Shown here: piece by piece, positions 56,827 through 64,000 of the stretch
Layout: every line of letters starts with the position of its first letter
How positions within the stretch are numbered: position 1 is the stretch's first letter
Assembly (NCBI GenBank): GCA_020184695.1
Contig: JAANOX010000258.1
Span: 124,001-188,000, forward strand
From: Histomonas meleagridis 2922-C6/04-290x
Lineage: Eukaryota > Protista > Parabasalia
Reading direction: 5' to 3'
DNA length: 64,000 bases
Translations under genes and position numbers: made by a program
The notes under the pieces: generated by a model
What the model was told of the DNA's origin: nothing
The model's input: the letters and a program-made list of their open reading frames with translations, nothing else
The model's database searches: none

Positions 56827-58885
56827 ATAAAATGTGTCATAATGAACATTTTTTATGAACTAATACAAAATTATTTTGTTGTTACATAAAATAAAATGAA
56901 ATCATATTAAAGATATTATCATTTTGACTTTTTAATGTTTTTCATTAAATTGTTTTAATAAGAAATTTTGAATTTTGAAGATGTATAACTGTCTTTAAAT
57001 ATAACAAGGTAATATTGTTTGAACACCGATTAGATTTGAATTATGATTACATTTACATTAAATGTTAGCACTTTTTGAATGAAATTTGATGAGTTTTACT
57101 TGGATTGTTATATCATAAAATCAGAATATATTTTTTAATTTGTAGATACATTAAAGGATTATGTGCATCAAACTTTTTTTATAAAATAATAGACTCAAAA
57201 TCTAATAATAAACGAATAACCAATGTATTATAAAAGAATGAATTTTCATGATGATAAAAACGATATAAACAGACAAAAGACACATCAAACTAAAGCACAA
57301 ATACAGCTCTATAACATACATTCATCATGTTATTCAAAAGTGTCTTCATAATGTATTAAAGCCCTTCCTTTGATTGTCATTCTAAAATGTCAATTCAAAT
57401 ATTTCTAAGTTGATGTGAAAAACTATAATTATACAACAGGGGTTCTAACGTTTAACCGTGAGATTTTAAACTTTTGAGAAAGCCGATGTATATTTGGTGA
57501 AGGCCTAGAAGTATATTACAAGCTGAAGCATGAGAATCTTTATTTTGTTCAGCATTCTGCTCATGAAGAAGCGATTTAGAAACGATATAAAGCTTATTAC
57601 ACCCTATATCATTCAAAAAGAAATATTACAAATACAAAAAGACAAAAGCAAGGAAGGAATGACTTACCAATGTGATAGAGAAGTTCTAAATAATGAAATT
57701 ATGAACAAAAAATTTAAAAGATTTAACAATAATTATTATAAAGTTTTGATCAGAAACTTATACTTAAATTCAAGGCTTAACAACAAATCTACAGCAATGA
57801 CACATCATGATTTTAATAACAAACAAAATTTTCAAAGAACATATTTTTCAAGCATTTTGAAAAAAGACTTTGATATCAAGATATTTGTCAATAACGGCAT
57901 ACCTGAGGAAGCTTTAAACAAATGTTATGAAGATATATCTTCTATAAAACGTGAATTTTCACATTTTTTTATGATGCGAAACGACAACGAAGAAGGACCG
58001 AATATTTTCAATGTTTTACTTATTTTAACCTTCATTTTTTCAATGACATTTTCGGTTATATATATCAAATTTTATCAGAAAAACACAATTTTAGTTCAGA
58101 AAATATTAACGACCAAATATACATTGAAAACAAATGGAAAGAAAAAACAGAAAAATGTTTTTATTTTTGTTATATTTTTCATAAGTTCTCATCAAATATT
58201 TTATGAAAATAATTCAACACTTTCAATCACAAATTCAAATGATTTTATTGATATTGATCAGTATCAAAATAGCACAAAATTTATAATTATCAGTGAAAAT
58301 ATTTATTCAATTCCAGGTGGTTCATTTTCAGGATGGCATTCAGTTGTTTCAGTTAATTTTGGTAACTCAGTATCAAATATTGGAAGTTATGTGTTTTCGT
58401 CATGTTCTAATTTGGTTACGATTATAATTGGAGAAAGTGTTACAGAAATTGGAGGTTCAGCATTTTCATTGTGTTCATCAATCAAAAAAACATTACAATT
58501 CCAAATTCAGTTACAACAATTGGAGGTTCAGCATTTTCATCATGTTCTAATTTAATCATATTAATCCTTGGATATGGAATAAGAGAAATTGGAGGTTCAG
58601 CATTTTCATTGTGTTCATCAATCAAAAACATTACAATTCCAAATTCAGTTACAACAATTGGAAGTTCAGCATTTGCATTATGTTCTAATTTAACGACATT
58701 AACACTTGGCTATGGAATAAGAGAAATTGGAGGTTCAGCATTTGGGAATTGTAATAAACTTCGATGTATATATTATTATGGGGATTCAGAACCAAAAATT
58801 GGCGAAGGTGCATTTTATAATGTTTTTACAAGTGTTATCACATATCCAACATACGTTGGAAGTAAATTTGGAAATTTAGATGTTG
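55520..58885 (+). repeat. Near-identical direct duplication: 55520-56278 vs 58125-58885 (also about 56356-56520 vs 59056-59220)
   Basis: Visual alignment shows identity except a +2 A in the homopolymer at about 58484-58490. Confidence 0.9.
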
Positions 58886-59559
58886 TTAGCGAATTCACAG
58901 AAGGAATATGCGAACCACTTCCAACACATTCATTTAGTCAATCGAATACATTTTCTAATTCGAATACATATGCACAGTCAGATTCAAGATCATTCTCAGA
59001 ATTATGTTCATTTAGTCAATCGAATACATTTTCTAATTCGAATACATTTACTGAATCACTTCAAAGTGATATTTCATTATCATTTTCATATACATTAACA
59101 ATTACATTATCAATTACACATTCATTAACTATTTATGAAACAAAAACGAAATCATTTTCATTATATATAAACAATTCGACATTTTCATATATTGAAACAG
59201 AATTTATTTATTACAGTTACACAATTGTTATATATTCGACTTATTGTAATTATTATTCCAATTTCTTTACAATGTTTTATTCAAATGATAATAATAATAA
59301 TCAAAATAATGATAATAAAACAACAATCATTATCATTTCAGTTTGTGTAATTGTTATAGTAATAGTTATTATCACATTATTAATTATATTTTTGAAACAT
59401 ATTCGAAATAAAAAAGAAGAAATTTATGAAAATGATAAATCAGAACAAAATGAAAACGAAACGACAAATACATTTACTACTGGAATAAGTAACATAAATA
59501 TTGAAGAAGATCCATTTGCTGAAGATTTTCAAGAAGAAAAATTTATTGAACAAATTTAA
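57530..59559 (+). CDS. BspA-like surface protein, copy 2, with a +2 A frameshift at about 58484-58490
   Basis: ORFs 57530-58555 and 58471-59559 join at atcAAAAAAAcatt (5 A in copy 1). The leader and the TM/tail differ from copy 1. Confidence 0.8.
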
Positions 59560-59959
59560 AATAAATATCAATAGAAATACAATTTTTATGCATATTTGAT
59601 ATTTTGTAATAACACTTTTGAATAGGTTTTTTTACTCAGCGACCTAAGGCTCAATAAACCAATAGAACTTTTTCATTGCTTCATGAATGAAAATGCTTTC
59701 CATGCGTTCTATGCATTTATAAAATAGAATTTAAATATTTTCACTTTCAACATATTTAATAAAAACTCCACATAGTTGTGGCGCTTTTCAAGGAAAGATT
59801 ATAGTATATATCTAAGTAAAAACCAATTTATTCTCTTATTTTGAATTTAATATAGAAAAGTGATAAAAAATATTTACATTGCATATGAATATGTCATCAA
59901 TAATTGATTAAACATTTTGAAATATAATTTTATAAAGAATGAAGAATTAAAATATGTAG

Positions 59960-61100
59960 TAACACACACAAAAAGAAAATATCTTGTTTGTCTTCAAAAC
60001 AAATTGATTCAATTATTTTGTGTTATAACATAAGCTGGAGGGGTACCATGTAATATATTTCATAAATCGTATAAAGGAATATATCTAGAATTATAATCGT
60101 TACCACTCCAAAAAGATATAACACAATCATGAAAAACAAGTTGGAATAAAGGCACGCTTATGCTTTCATTAGTCATAACTCGTGTTTGTGCTACAGAAGC
60201 TTCACTTAAATATTCCACTGCATTTGTACAAAATTCTATAAAAAATAATTACAATAAGGAATTGCTAGATCTCTACAATCTTTACTTAAAACAACAAGTT
60301 TTCCATGTTCATTTTCATGGAAATATTGTAAAAGATTAAAACAATTTTGTATTGATTCTTTTCTTGTTTGTGGATGATAACATTCAAATAATACTGTACA
60401 TGTTGCACCATCAATAAATCTAATTTTGCAACTTCTAAATCATAATCTTCTTTAGCATACTTAAGTATTTGTTCATCACAGGTAGCATAAGTATCAATTT
60501 TTTGTCCTGGATTTTTTAAATTATTAACAGAACCAATTAATATTAATTGATTTGTTGAATTCACAACAATATCATCAGAACAAGCAAAAGGCCAATTAGC
60601 ATTCCAAGCCATAAAATTTTTTTCATGATATTCTGGATAACATGCGTTTTGATAAGAATCATATACAGATGTTAATATGCTTGACTTATTATGAACATAA
60701 TCAAGATTTAATCTTATCGAACCAATTAATAGTTCTCGACAAATAAAATCAAATTCTTTAATTTCTCATTCGGTATATAACTTTTAAATTTCCAAAAGGA
60801 TTTTCAAAAAAGAATTCATTTTTTTATTCGTATTTATAAGAAATATTTTTTCTGAGATATAAAATGAAATTAAATTCTCTTTGTACTTCGGAATAATTTC
60901 TTTGTATAAACATGATAATAAACAAATTAATGACGGACCTGAATCAAAATCATTAAACTTTTCTGCAAATATTGGTATAAATTCATCGACATATTTCAAT
61001 ACATTTAAAGTAAATTTTTTGAGACTCTTGATAAGCTGCAGTACGATTCTTATCCTATGAATCATGAAATCGAATATTTATGTTTGGATTATTTTATACT
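59960..61100 (-). pseudogene. Decayed gene fragments, possibly a bacterial-type glycoside-hydrolase-like (DUF5696/GH129-like) family
   Basis: Multi-frame fragments include NFMAWNANWPFACSDD and VPLFQLVFHDCVISFWSGNDYN (60155-60090). The family resemblance is from memory only. Confidence 0.3.
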
Positions 61101-61560
61101 TTCTCTGTAAATGGTACACATTTACCTTTTTTTGTGCAGTCTCTCGATAGCGCTTTGCCATCATGTAACATGATTACCTTGTGAGAAAAACATCCTTAAA
61201 TTTCGTGCATGAATTTTCATGCCCTTTAGCATGCCTGAACATAGAATAGAAATATGACCAGCGTCATCATTTGATAAAAATACATGACTAATTCAATCGA
61301 ATTAAACACATGATCAGATCAGATAATAAAAAATAAATTTTCTTTTTCATCTGCAAAATAAATTAATAATTTTATTTCAGCATTTTTATTATGATATTTT
61401 CAATGCATATCTGGTCTGATTCGAAGAAGAAGATTGGAACCGTTTAAAACACGTTATTCACGAACCGTTATATCAAACACAAAACGATTAAAATTTACTC
61501 AAAATATTTGTATAATCCTATATTTTCTTCAAGGTAACCATAAAACTACAAAAAATTTAC

Positions 61561-63683
61561 ATGGAATTTAGTGAAACGCAAAAAAGTAATATATCAAATC
61601 AAATAAGAGATTGTATCTCAAAGATAATTACTCTTAAAGGCATTGTTTTCAATTTAAAATTTGAAAACATTGAGGAATCAGCACATTTAATATATGATTT
61701 ATATGACAAAAATTATCCATATACAGTTTTTTTGATAACATGTCGATTAGTGTATTCATCTTTTGTTTCCCAAATGAAAGATTTTAATATTTATTTTGAT
61801 TTTTTAAGATTCTTGGAGAAAATATATGAGGAAATATGTAATTATAAAATGATGGATATTTTTTCAAGATATCTTTTTTCTCTAACTTCTCAAGAATCAT
61901 ATTACCTTTTAGAAAAAATGTTTGATCAAGGAATGATTGAGGAATCAGAATTAACCAAAAAAAGTTGTTTATATTTCGCACAACATATGAAAAAAAATGA
62001 AATCAACTCATTAACTATTGATTGGGACAATAAAGATGATATTAAATCTAATCAGTTTAATGAATCTTTTTTAAAAAATTATGAAGAACTTTCAAAAAAC
62101 AATTGGACACTTCATAAGCAATTAATCAAAGAAGGAGTTAATCCAAATGAAATTGCGAAAATAATTCGAAATGATGAGATAGAAAAACTTCAAGAAACAT
62201 CAACACAAACTGATTTTAATTTTAATCAAAGAATTGAACCATCACTTTATGAAAGATGTTCATTTATTAATACACAAAATGTTACATTAATTGATTATGC
62301 AGCATTTTTCGGATCAGTTAAATGTTTTAAATATTTACTTATGAATGGCGCAAAATTAGAAAACACAGGTAAATATGCGATTGCTAGTGGAAATATAGAA
62401 ATTATTCATTTATGTGAACAACATCATTCATCATTTTATGATTCATATGAAGCAGCAATTGAATTTCATCGGTATGATATCTTTAAATTTCTTTACGAAA
62501 ATAAAATTGTTAAAACTGTGCATTTAAATTTTTTATATAAAAAATGTATTGTAAATAATTCATATGAAATTTTTTCATATTTGCTTGATAAAGAAGGATT
62601 GAAATTAGAAGCTTTCATATATGAATTGTCATCAACTGGAAATTTATATCTAATAAAATGTTTTTTTGAAGAATATCAATTACCAAATGATATATTTGTT
62701 TCTTGTGCAAGCTCAGGAAATATTGAACTTGTTAAATATTTTCTTCTTAGAAAAATTGATGTTAATGTAAGTAATGTCTCTTTGAAAAATTGGGAAATTG
62801 TTTATGTTTCATAAGAGTATTTGGTGAATATTTAAGTTTTTTGACACAGCTTTGTTTCTAGCATCTGAAAATAAACATTTAGAAATCATTAAATTACTTG
62901 TTGAACAAAAAGGAATTGATATTAATGCTAAAAATATTTATTTGTTTTATTTAATAAATATTATAATATTTCAAAGTTTCAAAACAATGATAATTTAAAT
63001 TATTTGATACAGCACTTATATATGCATCTGAATATGGTAATGAAGAAATAGTCAAATTGCTTCTTGAACAAAAAGGAATTAAAATTAATGCTAAAAATAA
63101 AATTTATTTGAATAATTTTATATTTCAAAATAATATTTGAAAATTATTTAAATTATTGAATACAGCACTTATATTTGCATCTAGATATGGTCATACAGAA
63201 ATAATTAAATTACTTCTTGAACAAGAAGAAATTGATATTAATGCTAAAGATAATTTTTATTTTAATAATTTTATATTTCAAAATAATATTTGGAAATTCT
63301 TTAAATTATTGAATACAGCACTTATGATTGCATCTGAAAATGGTCATACAGAAATAGTTCAATTACTTCTTGAACAAAAAGGAATTAAAATTAATGCTAA
63401 AAATAAAATTTATTTGAATAATTTGATATTTTAAAATAATACATGGAAATTACTTGAATTATTCGATACAGCACTTCTGAAAGCATCTTGGAATGGTTAT
63501 ACAGAAATAGTTAAATTGCTTCTTGAACAAGAAGGAATTAAAATTAATGCTAAAAATAAAATTTATTTGAATAATTTTATATTTCAAAATAATACATAGA
63601 AATTACTTAAATTATTTGAAACAGCACATGTTTGGGCATCTTTATATGGTCATACAGAAATAATTAAATTACTTCAGAATTAA
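61561..63683 (+). CDS. Ankyrin gene E: DUF3447-like domain plus 6 ankyrin segments split by inserts of 58, 61, 51, 51, 51 and 51 nt
   Basis: ORF 61561-62814, then ankyrin segments at 62843, 63006, 63159, 63312, 63465 and 63618 (153-nt period for the last four). Ends KLLQN* at 63683. Confidence 0.75.
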
Positions 63684-64000
63684 TTTTATCTTAATAAATG
63701 AAAAACATTAGCATATTTTCTCTCAAAGCAATACTTTGACTCAATGGTGGTTGCCTATGAAACAACAAAATTTATAACTTTAAAAAAATATTTATGTCAT
63801 TGATTATATATGTTTATTTTATAACCATTTTATTTTTCTGTATTAAATCATTAAAATTTTTTTTATGAAGTAATAGTTTAAACGGTTTCTCAAATCATTT
63901 CTTTGTAGTTTTCATAAAGAATCTGAACAAAAACATACAAATAAACATTAACCCCATCAATACTGGTGCAAAAATAGAAATCAAAAAACAGAATTTCTTA

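Noticed and set aside
63099-63620. Stop-codon reassignment as an explanation of in-frame stops
   Set aside because: TAA, TAG and TGA all terminate ordinary genes in this window, and reassignment would not fix the frame-shifting inserts.

Overview
AT-rich, gene-dense eukaryotic DNA, most likely from a parabasalid protist (Tritrichomonas/Trichomonas-like). This is inferred from BspA surface proteins, DUF3447-type ankyrin genes and Inr/M3-like promoter motifs. About 22 ordinary uninterrupted genes are present, including REV3, a TALE-like homeobox gene, a glycosyltransferase-like gene, TPR, Cwc21, eL29, RNase Z, a kinase-Sel1 gene, USP, an MLF-like gene, UBL, sedlin, UBE2J, a CAMK kinase, two Rabs, Ras, LRR-ADP-ribosylhydrolase, HECT E3, an H2B-like histone fold and a Wee1/Myt1-like kinase, plus two BspA copies. 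The standout signal is in five ankyrin-repeat genes plus remnants. Their repeats are split at the same position, the D-x-x-G-x-T beta-hairpin, by about 36 T/A-rich intervening sequences. Most are exactly 68 nt; others are 17, 48, 49, 51, 52, 58, 61, 65 or 69 nt. None has usable GT-AG ends. The inserts shift frame and carry stops, while the flanking ankyrin segments stay stop-free. Removing them rebuilds complete genes, one ending in a UBR-box zinc finger. This looks like an unannotated non-canonical intron (or excision/bypass) system specific to ankyrin repeats; the mechanism and exact junctions cannot be determined from DNA alone.
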